From a virus (taxonomy: Duplodnaviria > Caudoviricetes), in IMG/VR virus record IMGVR_UViG_3300042516_003753, positions 1 through 62,222 of that record: a DNA stretch of 62,222 nt, one strand, 5' to 3'. Made by a program: the position numbers and the translations under genes. The notes beneath the pieces were generated by a model. The model saw only the letters and a program-made list of their open reading frames with translations, was not told the origin of the DNA and searched no databases. Each line of letters opens with the position of its first letter. Position 1 is the stretch's first letter. Shown piece after piece: positions 28,172 to 35,653 of this stretch.

Positions 28172-28304
28172 TGAATTGTTGTCTCTTCCCTTTACCTTAC
28201 CTCAATTCTCATCCCGAAGAGAGCGGGCAGAGGTAATTCCGATTTTTCACAACCATAGTCACTAGCTAGGTGACGGAAGTGTTTTTCATATCGGGCAACA
28301 ACCC
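28172..28304 (-). ncRNA. Unknown multibranch structured RNA (~130 nt)
   Basis: Stems GTTGT/ACAAC, CCGAT/ATCGG, GTCAC/GTGAC, TTACCTC/GAGGTAA and a TTCG tetraloop hairpin. Confidence 0.5.
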
Positions 28305-28307
28305 AAG

Positions 28308-28380
28308 CCGAAGAGGGTGGAATTGAACCACCGACACCAGGATCTTCAATCCCGTGCTCTACCATCTGAGCTACTCCCCG
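28308..28380 (-). tRNA. tRNA-Phe(GAA)
   Basis: Cloverleaf; loop TTGAAGA. Confidence 0.92.
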
Positions 28381-28382
28381 TT

Positions 28383-28464
28383 TGGTTTGGAAATTCAGGA
28401 ATTGAACCTGTCGGACAGTAGAGGCGATCAACTCTCCACTCTCCTGTGCTCCACACATTTCCAA
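28383..28464 (-). ncRNA. tRNA-like RNA with encoded CCA and non-canonical arms (82 nt)
   Basis: 8-bp acceptor TTGGAAAT/ATTTCCAA + ACCA; T-arm CAGG-TTCAATT-CCTG; extended central stem. Confidence 0.65.
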
Positions 28465-28465
28465 G

Positions 28466-28539
28466 TCGGAATGACAGGATTCGAACCTGCGACAACTGGT
28501 TCCCAAAACCAGAGCTCTACCAAACTGAGCTACATTCCG
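28466..28539 (-). tRNA. tRNA-Pro(TGG), second copy
   Basis: Cloverleaf; anticodon arm CTGGT-TTTGGGA-ACCAG. Confidence 0.95.
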
Positions 28540-28614
28540 TGGTATTCCTAACGGGATTCGAACCCGTGCTGCCACCTTGAAAGGGTGGTGACCTAACCGC
28601 TAGTCGATAGGAAC
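28540..28614 (-). tRNA. tRNA-Glu(TTC)
   Basis: Loop CTTTCAA; encoded CCA. Confidence 0.95.
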
Positions 28615-28620
28615 TTGATA

Positions 28621-28663
28621 TGCTACAACCGCCAAGGAGGGATTCTCCATAGGCAGCGTAGCA
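28621..28663 (-). other. Long GC-rich spacer hairpin
   Basis: TGCTAC/GTAGCA, GCTGCC/GGCGGT and GGAG/CTCC nested stems. Confidence 0.5.
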
Positions 28664-28664
28664 A

Positions 28665-28738
28665 CGACCCATACGGGATTTGAACCCGTGTTCTCCACCG
28701 TGACAGGGTGGCGTGATAGACCGCTACACTAATGGGTC
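28665..28738 (-). tRNA. tRNA-Asp(GTC)
   Basis: Cloverleaf; loop CTGTCAC. Confidence 0.95.
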
Positions 28739-28742
28739 AAGG

Positions 28743-28824
28743 TGGGAGGAGCAGGATTCGAACCTGCGAAGGCAGAGCCGTCTGATTTACAGTCAGATTC
28801 CTTTAACCACTCGGAAATCCTCCC
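28743..28824 (-). tRNA. tRNA-Tyr(GTA)
   Basis: Variable arm present; loop CTGTAAA. Confidence 0.95.
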
Positions 28825-28827
28825 AGA

Positions 28828-28861
28828 ACAGTTTATGTTTAATGACCGAACTGTGGCGGTC
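28828..28861 (-). ncRNA. Compact H-type pseudoknot
   Basis: S1 GACCG/CGGTC, S2 ACAGTT/AACTGT, A-rich linker. Confidence 0.5.
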
Positions 28862-28863
28862 TA

Positions 28864-28935
28864 TGGGTCTGGTGGGACTCGAACCCACAACTTCCAGGTT
28901 AAAAGCCCGTTACTCTACCATTGAGTTACAGACCC
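28864..28935 (-). tRNA. tRNA-Lys(TTT)
   Basis: Cloverleaf; loop CTTTTAA. Confidence 0.95.
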
Positions 28936-29053
28936 ATTAAAGGTTTAAATTTTCAAGGTGCGGTGTGGTCTCTCTCAACCACTTGATTAGAATACCACCA
29001 TTTGATCTCTTGGGGAGTGGATGGTGGACACTTAGGAAACTGTCACAGACAAC

Positions 29054-29092
29054 AAAAAAGGGGAGGAAACTTTTGGTTTCTCTCCCCTTTAT
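29054..29092 (-). terminator. Intrinsic terminator
   Basis: AAAGGGGAG/CTCCCCTTT stem plus T-run. Confidence 0.7.
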
Positions 29093-29112
29093 TTGCTTTT
29101 ATGGATTACATC

Positions 29113-29214
29113 TTACATATGTCTTTCCATATCCGCAAACAGGGGAGTACCCTCAATATGCCAATAGCGGCAATCGAGATTGCTAAACTGTTTTGTGGGC
29201 ATTTGGTAAGACAT
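29113..29214 (-). CDS. Small late-expressed peptide (33 aa)
   Basis: MSYQMPTKQFSNLDCRYWHIEGTPLFADMERHM, between a late promoter and a terminator. Confidence 0.5.
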   Translation of the reverse strand: MSYQMPTKQFSNLDCRYWHIEGTPLFADMERHM

Positions 29215-29234
29215 TGTTTCGACCTAAGTAGTTT

Positions 29235-29242
29235 TATTTATA
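29235..29242 (-). promoter_or_regulatory. T4-type late promoter
   Basis: TATAAATA. Confidence 0.65.
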
Positions 29243-29266
29243 AGACTTTTTCGTAAAAAAGTCAAG

Positions 29267-29339
29267 TGGAAAATAGGAGACTCGAACTCCTAACCTCCGC
29301 CTTGCAAAGGCGCTGCTCTACCAATTGAGCTAATTCCCC
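29267..29339 (-). tRNA. tRNA-Ala(TGC)
   Basis: G3:U70 pair; loop TTTGCAA. Confidence 0.95.
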
Positions 29340-29416
29340 TGGCGTCTCAGGTTGGATTCGAACCAACGGCCGACCGCTTAGAAGGCGGTTGCTCTATTCC
29401 ACTGAGCTACTGAGAC
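29340..29416 (-). tRNA. tRNA-Arg(TCT)
   Basis: Loop CTTCTAA; encoded CCA. Confidence 0.95.
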
Positions 29417-29443
29417 AATAAGATAATCATAAAGATTATCAAG

Positions 29444-29515
29444 TAGGACTGCAGGGAATTGAACCCCGTTCACACCGTTATAAGCAGTGGGCCTTAACCA
29501 ATAGGCGACAATCCC
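29444..29515 (-). tRNA. tRNA-Ile(TAT)
   Basis: Anticodon arm CACTG-CTTATAA-CGGTG. Confidence 0.9.
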
Positions 29516-29520
29516 ATAAC

Positions 29521-29592
29521 CTCCTGGTTTGTGCATCGCTGAGAGGCATAGGAGGGGCGGGTCTTACAGGAGGGTTGGAACCTCGCCTGCCC
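29521..29592 (-). ncRNA. GC-rich structured leader RNA of the tRNA operon
   Basis: GGGC/GCCC, GAGG-TTCCAAC-CCTC and CTCCT/AGGAG stems right after the promoter. Confidence 0.45.
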
Positions 29593-29600
29593 ATGAGAGT

Positions 29601-29629
29601 ATTATAGAGGATGGTAGCAACCTTGTCAA
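29601..29629 (-). promoter_or_regulatory. Consensus sigma70 promoter for the tRNA operon
   Basis: TTGACA-17-TATAAT. Confidence 0.85.
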
Positions 29630-29638
29630 GTCATTTTT

Positions 29639-30214
29639 TTACCTGAGTGGTGGACCAGCATACCATCCAACTAAAGATATTCTTTTTCCACTCTTAAGAG
29701 GTCTAACTCTATGAAGAGCATCAGATGGAAAAATAATAACATCACCAACGTCCATATCAACAGTTTGCATTTTGTTATTATCAACCATTATCTGAAATTG
29801 CCCTCCTTCAAAATCATTTTTAGAAGATAAAAGAAGAGTTATACTCAATTTTCTTATGAGTTTTTTGTCTTTACCAAAAGAAGATTCACTAGTGTCATAA
29901 TGCCAGGTATAATGAGATCCTTTTCCTTCATAAACAGTATACTGTATTCCATCAGCCCACTGCTCTAAATCATAATTAAAGTATTCATTATTTGCAGAAT
30001 GTATGAAATGACTCATCATTCCAGCAACCCAAGAATCAGTCTCTAACCAAATATTTCTAGATTTTCTAGTTTTTTCATCAATAAGTTGCGTTTTTTTACT
30101 ACCATAAACAGTAGAATCTTCAAATTCTTCACGTAAATATTGGTTTATTATTATTTCAGAAACTTCTTTCGGCAATCCAGAAGGAATATGATAATATCCT
30201 AAATTATTAGCCAT
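29639..30214 (-). CDS. 2OG-Fe(II) oxygenase
   Basis: WHYD, RKLS, HRV and RISLVGW motifs. Confidence 0.9.
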   Translation of the reverse strand: MANNLGYYHIPSGLPKEVSEIIINQYLREEFEDSTVYGSKKTQLIDEKTRKSRNIWLETDSWVAGMMSHFIHSANNEYFNYDLEQWADGIQYTVYEGKGSHYTWHYDTSESSFGKDKKLIRKLSITLLLSSKNDFEGGQFQIMVDNNKMQTVDMDVGDVIIFPSDALHRVRPLKSGKRISLVGWYAGPPLR

Positions 30215-30248
30215 AATAAAAGTTTTTTATTTTAGTTTTTTAAAATTC

Positions 30249-30446
30249 TCAAGATGCTGTTTTTGCCTCTTTGCGAGAATTTTTTTCTTCCGAAATTTCT
30301 AACCTTCTTTGTTTGGCCAATTTTGCAATTTCTTGAAGTGCTTTTCTAGCTCTTGTACCTGCAGCACTATTGCCACCCACAAATTTTTCGTCTTCTGCTT
30401 TCCATGCACTCACAGCATCAGAAATTTGTTGTATAGTTTCAGTCAT
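30249..30446 (-). CDS. Histone H1-like (Hc1-type) small protein
   Basis: KF..GNSAAGTRARKALQEIAK motif. Confidence 0.7.
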   Translation of the reverse strand: MTETIQQISDAVSAWKAEDEKFVGGNSAAGTRARKALQEIAKLAKQRRLEISEEKNSRKEAKTAS

Positions 30447-30480
30447 AAAAATCTCCGTTAAAAAAATATATTTTGTTTAT

Positions 30481-30690
30481 TTATAGTTTATCAGATTCTT
30501 CAAAAACTTCTTCTTGATTTTCTGTTTCGTCTAAACTTACTCCAATTTGCGAAAGATATTCCAGGGCACCTTGAACTTTCAAATAAAGTTCTTTTTTTGC
30601 CACTAATTGATTTTGTAACGTATCAATTTCTTGGAATAAATTTTGCTTTTGCTGGAACAAATTTTTTAAATGATTTTTTTGTTCTTCCAT
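30481..30690 (-). CDS. Coiled-coil hypothetical protein
   Basis: LYLKVQGALEYL. Confidence 0.7.
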   Translation of the reverse strand: MEEQKNHLKNLFQQKQNLFQEIDTLQNQLVAKKELYLKVQGALEYLSQIGVSLDETENQEEVFEESDKL

Positions 30691-30714
30691 TTTATTATCA
30701 ATTTATAGTAATTT

Positions 30715-30740
30715 AAAAAAGGAGGATTAATACCTCCTTT
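30715..30740 (-). terminator. Intrinsic terminator
   Basis: AAAGGAGG/CCTCCTTT stem. Confidence 0.7.
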
Positions 30741-30762
30741 GCATATTTATTATTCTATTGTA

Positions 30763-31416
30763 TCAAACTTCTACCGCGATCAGTCGGTTAGCATATTCAT
30801 GTGCATAAGATGTGCGGGCACCATGAATGCCCCAACCAATCCAACTATACGCATAGTTCATGTAACGATCAATAGACTTACCAGGGGTTTTCATTCTGTC
30901 TACGATACGTTGCCATTGAACTTCATTCGTAAGATAACGTAATTGCGTTTGAAGTGATGATGGATCTCCACCATACTTTTTAGCAAAATCACCCAATCCA
31001 TAATAACGATCGGCAGATGTCCATTGGATCAGACCATATCCACGCCAGCAGTTATGGTATCTGGTCCTGCTACCACCTTCACAAATATTAGGCACGAACA
31101 TAGATTCTTGCTTAATATTGCCCATGATAGTAGCAAGGGCGTTTCTGTCTTTAATTCCTTGATCTTGAAAAAATTCAAGAGCAAGTTGTTCATGTTCTGA
31201 ACACCCTTTACAAATTAGCCTTTTCTCTTTTGGTTTTGGAATTGCAACCTCGCGGATTGCTGTCGTCTCTGGTTCAAACTCTTTAATAATTGAGTAAGGT
31301 TTTGCATCCACGGGAGGAGGCGGACCTTGCAGTTTATAACTAGAGAATGGCAGTGTTGCCGTACTGGTTGTAACCGTTGCCAGAAGAGGCAGGGCTACAG
31401 TAAAGATGTTTTGCAT
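30763..31416 (-). CDS. Phage tail-lysozyme-like cell wall hydrolase
   Basis: IMGNIKQES and GYGLIQWT motifs; N-terminal signal-like segment. Confidence 0.8.
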   Translation of the reverse strand: MQNIFTVALPLLATVTTSTATLPFSSYKLQGPPPPVDAKPYSIIKEFEPETTAIREVAIPKPKEKRLICKGCSEHEQLALEFFQDQGIKDRNALATIMGNIKQESMFVPNICEGGSRTRYHNCWRGYGLIQWTSADRYYGLGDFAKKYGGDPSSLQTQLRYLTNEVQWQRIVDRMKTPGKSIDRYMNYAYSWIGWGIHGARTSYAHEYANRLIAVEV

Positions 31417-31424
31417 TAAGGATT

Positions 31425-31500
31425 AATTGAACTCTACATCCGTATAGAAAGGGGGTACACCCTTTTCTCAAAGGGCACTTTCCACGGCTCTAAATGTCAC
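31425..31500 (-). promoter_or_regulatory. Structured 5' leader of the lysozyme-like gene
   Basis: CCGTGGAAAG/CTTTCTATACGG stem enclosing GCCCTTT-GAGA-AAAGGGT. Confidence 0.5.
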
Positions 31501-31582
31501 TTCACAGACTCATAATAATTACCCTACTCATAATAGGGATTTTTCCATCATAAGTTTTTATTTAGGTTTTGTCAAGAAAGTA

Positions 31583-32281
31583 TCACATAAGTTCTCTATT
31601 CAATGGATATCCATGTCCACCAACATTTAGTTCAGTACAAAAAAATACTTGAGTTAATCTTTTTTTATTTTTACTACCAAATGTTTGAGCTGCATGATGA
31701 CCAGATCTACCATCAAATAAAATGCAACGATTATAAACATTTTGAATTTTTATTGTTTCATAAAAATTATTATTATTTTTTTCCCATGCAGAAATAAATT
31801 CCTCATCATCAACATTTTCTCCACGATATACTTTTTGTTTTACATCAATATTAGATTTTTCGTATTTTACAATTCCATTTTTTGGTGTGTATATAGAAGT
31901 ACCAGTATCATTTTCAGGATCTTTTGTCAAATATATCAACCCTGCAAAAACACATCCATCACTATGAACCCATCCCATATTTCTTGGATGATATTTTTCA
32001 TCATGTCTAGGAGAAATTAATTGAAAAGAACTATACATATAATAATTTAATTCAGTATCTTCATTATAAAATATTGACAACAAACTTTTAGAAAAATAAT
32101 GATAAATTTCTGGAGATATCTCTTCCAATACAGAACTTCTAATTCCAGGCCAATGACCACCTTCTGCTTTATGAGAAAAATCGGAAATACTTTCTAATCC
32201 AACTTTTCTAACATAATCAGGATCTTGATAAAAATTATCAATAACAGTAACTGGAAAAAGAGATGATTTCATTATTATCAA
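31583..32281 (-). CDS. 2OG-Fe(II) oxygenase-like protein
   Basis: IDNFY.DPD, WVHSD, GLIYLT, GTS and RLTQVFF motifs. Confidence 0.75.
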   Translation of the reverse strand: MIIMKSSLFPVTVIDNFYQDPDYVRKVGLESISDFSHKAEGGHWPGIRSSVLEEISPEIYHYFSKSLLSIFYNEDTELNYYMYSSFQLISPRHDEKYHPRNMGWVHSDGCVFAGLIYLTKDPENDTGTSIYTPKNGIVKYEKSNIDVKQKVYRGENVDDEEFISAWEKNNNNFYETIKIQNVYNRCILFDGRSGHHAAQTFGSKNKKRLTQVFFCTELNVGGHGYPLNRELM

Positions 32282-32327
32282 AATTATATTATTTGTTATT
32301 ATTTAATGCACTATCATCTAAGCATTC

Positions 32328-32335
32328 TATAAATA
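32328..32335 (+). promoter_or_regulatory. T4-type late promoter of the plus-strand operon
   Basis: TATAAATA ~30 nt before the ATG. Confidence 0.7.
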
Positions 32336-32363
32336 GATTTAGTGTTTATCACAATATAAGAAA

Positions 32364-32828
32364 ATGAAAAGACTCCTATTAGCCTTTTCGTTATTCTTCG
32401 CAATCCCAGTTAATGCTGCTGAAATCACATCAAAAATCACTGATTCTGTTCAATTGAAAGTTGATGGTGCTGCTGTTCAATCAACTCGAATTGGTGCTTC
32501 CTATTCAGCGTCAGGAACCAATATCCAATCTACATCTTTTGGTGGTGTAGGTGGTGCTGGAACCTATGATATCAATACTCCAGGTCAAGCATTTACTTTC
32601 TCAGAAAGTTTTAATGCTGCCGATACCCCTGTTACTACCCAAACACGTTCTAACCAAGGAACAATTGATTCACCAAATCTTTATGGAGATAGTGTAACTC
32701 AGATTGGTGGAGAGAAAGGAACTCTTGCAGGTACTCTTTCTCCAACTGGTGTTCCTACTGTTACTGCTGGTGGTGCTGGTACAAGTGCTACTGCTCAAAG
32801 ATCCATTGAACTAAGTGTATTCAAATGA
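32364..32828 (+). CDS. Exported Gly/Thr-rich protein
   Basis: Signal peptide ending VNA-AE; C-terminal LSVFK. Confidence 0.8.
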   Translation: MKRLLLAFSLFFAIPVNAAEITSKITDSVQLKVDGAAVQSTRIGASYSASGTNIQSTSFGGVGGAGTYDINTPGQAFTFSESFNAADTPVTTQTRSNQGTIDSPNLYGDSVTQIGGEKGTLAGTLSPTGVPTVTAGGAGTSATAQRSIELSVFK

Positions 32829-33190
32829 GACATTTAACTCCCGTTTTGCTTTTAGCAACGGGAGTCATCTGTACTCCCGTTTATGCTGAGAGCGTTGTGC
32901 CCAATTTCACTAGGGGTACAATTAATGCGACAACAGAATCTGCGACAAAAATTGTAGAAACTATTCGTCAAGTTGAATATACAACTGGTGAATCTTACAC
33001 CGTGACTGGAACAAACATTAACATTCCTGGAAATCCTCAAAAAGGATCTAGTTACAGCATTATGACTCAAGGTGCTCCATTTCAATTTAGTGAAACGTAT
33101 CTTGGCCCTGGAGTGGCAAAAGAAACATGGATAGACCGTACTACAGAAACCCAATCAACTACTACATCAATATCTGTCTTTACGCAATAA
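32825..33190 (+). CDS. Exported Thr-rich protein
   Basis: Signal peptide, VVPNF motif; C-terminal ISVFTQ. Confidence 0.8.
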   Translation: MRHLTPVLLLATGVICTPVYAESVVPNFTRGTINATTESATKIVETIRQVEYTTGESYTVTGTNINIPGNPQKGSSYSIMTQGAPFQFSETYLGPGVAKETWIDRTTETQSTTTSISVFTQ

Positions 33191-33711
33191 TTTCAACGGG
33201 TTCTGCATTTGCCCAAAGCACTCCTGCACCTAGTAATACAAACATTGCTGGTCCAAGTGCAAGTGCTACAGGAAATGTAACTAATCAAGCAGTCCAAGTC
33301 CTTCAAGGACCATACGCACTCAATACTTATGGTGGTGGAGTAAGTTGTCAGGGTGCTACATTTTCAATATCTCCATTCGCTATGAGTAGTAACAATAGTA
33401 GTGATGATCCAGAATCTTTTGCATCACGCAATGGAAACTGGGGAATTTCTGCTGGTTTTAATATTCCTTTAGATGGCAACCTAATGGATTTGTGCAAAAA
33501 AAGAGCGGCAACTGAAATTGCTAGACAACAAGCAGAGACTGATAAAGCAAGATTAGATTTTGAACTCGTGAGATTATTAAAATGTGGTGAAGCTTACAAG
33601 AATGGAGTTATGTTCCACCCCGATAGTCCTTACTATAAGGTTTGTGCAGATGTTGTTGTGAAGTACCCAAAAGTTGAGGATGTAGTGAATGGAACCAATA
33701 GAACTAATTGA
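33127..33711 (+). CDS. Exported protein with four Cys
   Basis: AFA-Q signal cleavage site; ATGNVTNQAVQ and RLDFELVRLLKCGE. Confidence 0.8.
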   Translation: MDRPYYRNPINYYINICLYAIISTGSAFAQSTPAPSNTNIAGPSASATGNVTNQAVQVLQGPYALNTYGGGVSCQGATFSISPFAMSSNNSSDDPESFASRNGNWGISAGFNIPLDGNLMDLCKKRAATEIARQQAETDKARLDFELVRLLKCGEAYKNGVMFHPDSPYYKVCADVVVKYPKVEDVVNGTNRTN

Positions 33712-34573
33712 TAACCCAAATTTAAAACCCATAATCGGAAATAATCCGATTAACGTTCCAAATTCAAACATCAATAAAATTGCTGGTCCGTCTATAATTT
33801 CAACCATAGATAGACCAGCAATTCGTGATGTTGAACAACCAGTTGTTCGTGGTCTAGAGGTTCCTGTTATTGATGTTCCAAATACTACAATTAAATATCC
33901 AGTTATTAATGTACCAACTCAAGCAGAGTTTGATGCTGCGGTAAATGCAGAACGTCAAAAGCAATCACAAGAAGAAAAACCAAAAGAAAGGGGATTACCT
34001 GATACGACTCCCCCTCCTCAATTGCCACAAGTTACCCAAACCCCCTTTACTCAACCTGCAACATCTACACCAGTTGCAGAAATCCCAGCAGATAAACCTC
34101 AACCTACTTTTTCTGTTTATGGAGTCGATATTAATTTACCTGACCCTTCTCTTGTTGCTACGGCTGGTGCTGTCGCAGTAGTTACCACAGCATCCACTAT
34201 GGTTGCAACAACTGCACTAAACGCCCTTAAAAACGCCGCAGAACCAATCATTAAAGAAGCAACAAAGAATAAGTTCAAAATCAAAATCAAACAGGTTAAA
34301 CCCGTTCTTCACTACGTTCTTGCAGAAGAAGGGCACGTTGATATTTTTGAGTACTCTTCAGAAGGAACTCGTTTCATAGAGAAAGTATCTAATGTAGAGC
34401 AGTACATCCGCGATCAAGTTGAAATTAATGCTCTCTACGAAATAGACAACAAAATTATTATTGATGATGTGATAAAAGATAAATTTACAAAAGAGGGGCA
34501 ACAAAGATTTAAACCTTTATTCTCCCCTGCTAAAAAGGTTGCAAAAAAACTTGCTGCTAGATTATCATTCTAA
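33689..34573 (+). CDS. Pro-rich single-pass membrane protein
   Basis: Pro-rich N-terminus, VATAGAVAVVTTA helix, basic C-terminus. Confidence 0.75.
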   Translation: MEPIELIDNPNLKPIIGNNPINVPNSNINKIAGPSIISTIDRPAIRDVEQPVVRGLEVPVIDVPNTTIKYPVINVPTQAEFDAAVNAERQKQSQEEKPKERGLPDTTPPPQLPQVTQTPFTQPATSTPVAEIPADKPQPTFSVYGVDINLPDPSLVATAGAVAVVTTASTMVATTALNALKNAAEPIIKEATKNKFKIKIKQVKPVLHYVLAEEGHVDIFEYSSEGTRFIEKVSNVEQYIRDQVEINALYEIDNKIIIDDVIKDKFTKEGQQRFKPLFSPAKKVAKKLAARLSF

Positions 34574-34726
34574 GTCTAAACTTGATACAACCCAAGATAT
34601 AACCATAACTGGTATATAAGTTATTACATTATAAAGAGCATCAAAAAAGAAATTATCAAATCTAGATTCTTTTCTTTTCTTTTCTTGATGCTTTATTTCT
34701 TCGACTTTTTGTGGTGCGTGAGTCAT
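34565..34726 (-). CDS. Small membrane protein (53 aa)
   Basis: ...FFFDALYNVITYIPVMVISWVV... Confidence 0.5.
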   Translation of the reverse strand: MTHAPQKVEEIKHQEKKRKESRFDNFFFDALYNVITYIPVMVISWVVSSLDLE

Positions 34727-34932
34727 TCCAACACCGTAAAGTAATCTTTACTATTTAACAAAAATGCATCATATTGTAAAGATTTTTTACGACCTCTTCG
34801 TGCTGGTCTCCTAACAAAACGAATAACTTCTGGTGGTTGACGCTTGGGGATAGGTCTTCTATTCTCAAGCATCATACCATCGTTGGTAAGTAATCTTAAA
34901 ACTATTAAAATATCAAGAAGTACGAGTTTCAT
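34723..34932 (-). CDS. Basic hypothetical protein
   Basis: Arg-rich ORF. Confidence 0.5.
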   Translation of the reverse strand: MKLVLLDILIVLRLLTNDGMMLENRRPIPKRQPPEVIRFVRRPARRGRKKSLQYDAFLLNSKDYFTVLE

Positions 34933-35338
34933 TCCTCTTTGCTAATAGTTGGGAGAAGTCTTTTTTCTTTGTACCCCCATCATATTCCCAAGCATATCCT
35001 TCAGCAATCATTTGATTATTGATTGATATTTCTTCCCCATTAATATACAAGTGTCCAATAATACGTCCGTATTTCTCTGTGCTATCTGGAAGTTCGGTTT
35101 TGATAATAATATCTTTAGCAAATTGCAATCTATGCTTCAACCACTCTTTTGATTCCAATCCCAGTTTCTTTTCATAAGCATCGGTAGTTCTACTCTCTGG
35201 AGTATCTACTGCTGCAAGACGAATTCTTTTGGTGAGTGAAATATCAAATCCAAGATCAATATCAGCATCAATAGTATCACCATCAACTACTTTATGAACT
35301 GAACGAATACGATAAACGTAAGGATCTTTTTCTTGCAT
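34913..35338 (-). CDS. Thermonuclease (SNase-like)
   Basis: VVDGDTID, RL..VDTPE and EKYGRIIG motifs. Confidence 0.9.
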   Translation of the reverse strand: MQEKDPYVYRIRSVHKVVDGDTIDADIDLGFDISLTKRIRLAAVDTPESRTTDAYEKKLGLESKEWLKHRLQFAKDIIIKTELPDSTEKYGRIIGHLYINGEEISINNQMIAEGYAWEYDGGTKKKDFSQLLAKRNETRTS

Positions 35339-35550
35339 CAGAATGGTAATTTAAACTCTTTGGTATTTAGTTTAGGAATAGGCAATTTTTGAAATGCTTT
35401 ATTCACTTGATTCTCTACAACCTTACCAACAAACTCCTCTGGATTGTTCAGAATTACTTCTGCTTTTTTATAAGTCACATAAGCACCATAACAAAGTGCT
35501 CCACTAATGAGAAGACTTGTCGTTGATAGAATGATTGCTAGGTTCTTCAT
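35338..35550 (-). CDS. Small membrane-anchored protein
   Basis: N-terminal hydrophobic helix. Confidence 0.65.
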   Translation of the reverse strand: MKNLAIILSTTSLLISGALCYGAYVTYKKAEVILNNPEEFVGKVVENQVNKAFQKLPIPKLNTKEFKLPF

Positions 35551-35653
35551 TTTTCATTTCCTCGTGTGCTAGTTTTAGTATGTAGTAAATTACATACAAA
35601 GTAAAAATAAGTCCACAACCCAATATAATTACAACTCCCCAAGGAAATTCCAT
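35504..35653 (-). CDS. Small membrane protein (49 aa)
   Basis: MEFPWGVVIILGCGLIFTLYVIYYILKLA... Confidence 0.5.
   Translation of the reverse strand: MEFPWGVVIILGCGLIFTLYVIYYILKLAHEEMKNEEPSNHSINDKSSH

Noticed and set aside
28383-28464. tRNA-Sec or suppressor tRNA
   Set aside because: No UCA/CUA/UUA anticodon and no long variable arm; no evidence of genome recoding.
27031-28940. ORF-track proteins across the tRNA cluster
   Set aside because: They overlap clear tRNA cloverleaves and are spurious.
26888-29515. CRISPR-like array suggested by recurring GGTTCGAATCC
   Set aside because: These are tRNA T-loops; there is no constant repeat-spacer period and no cas gene.
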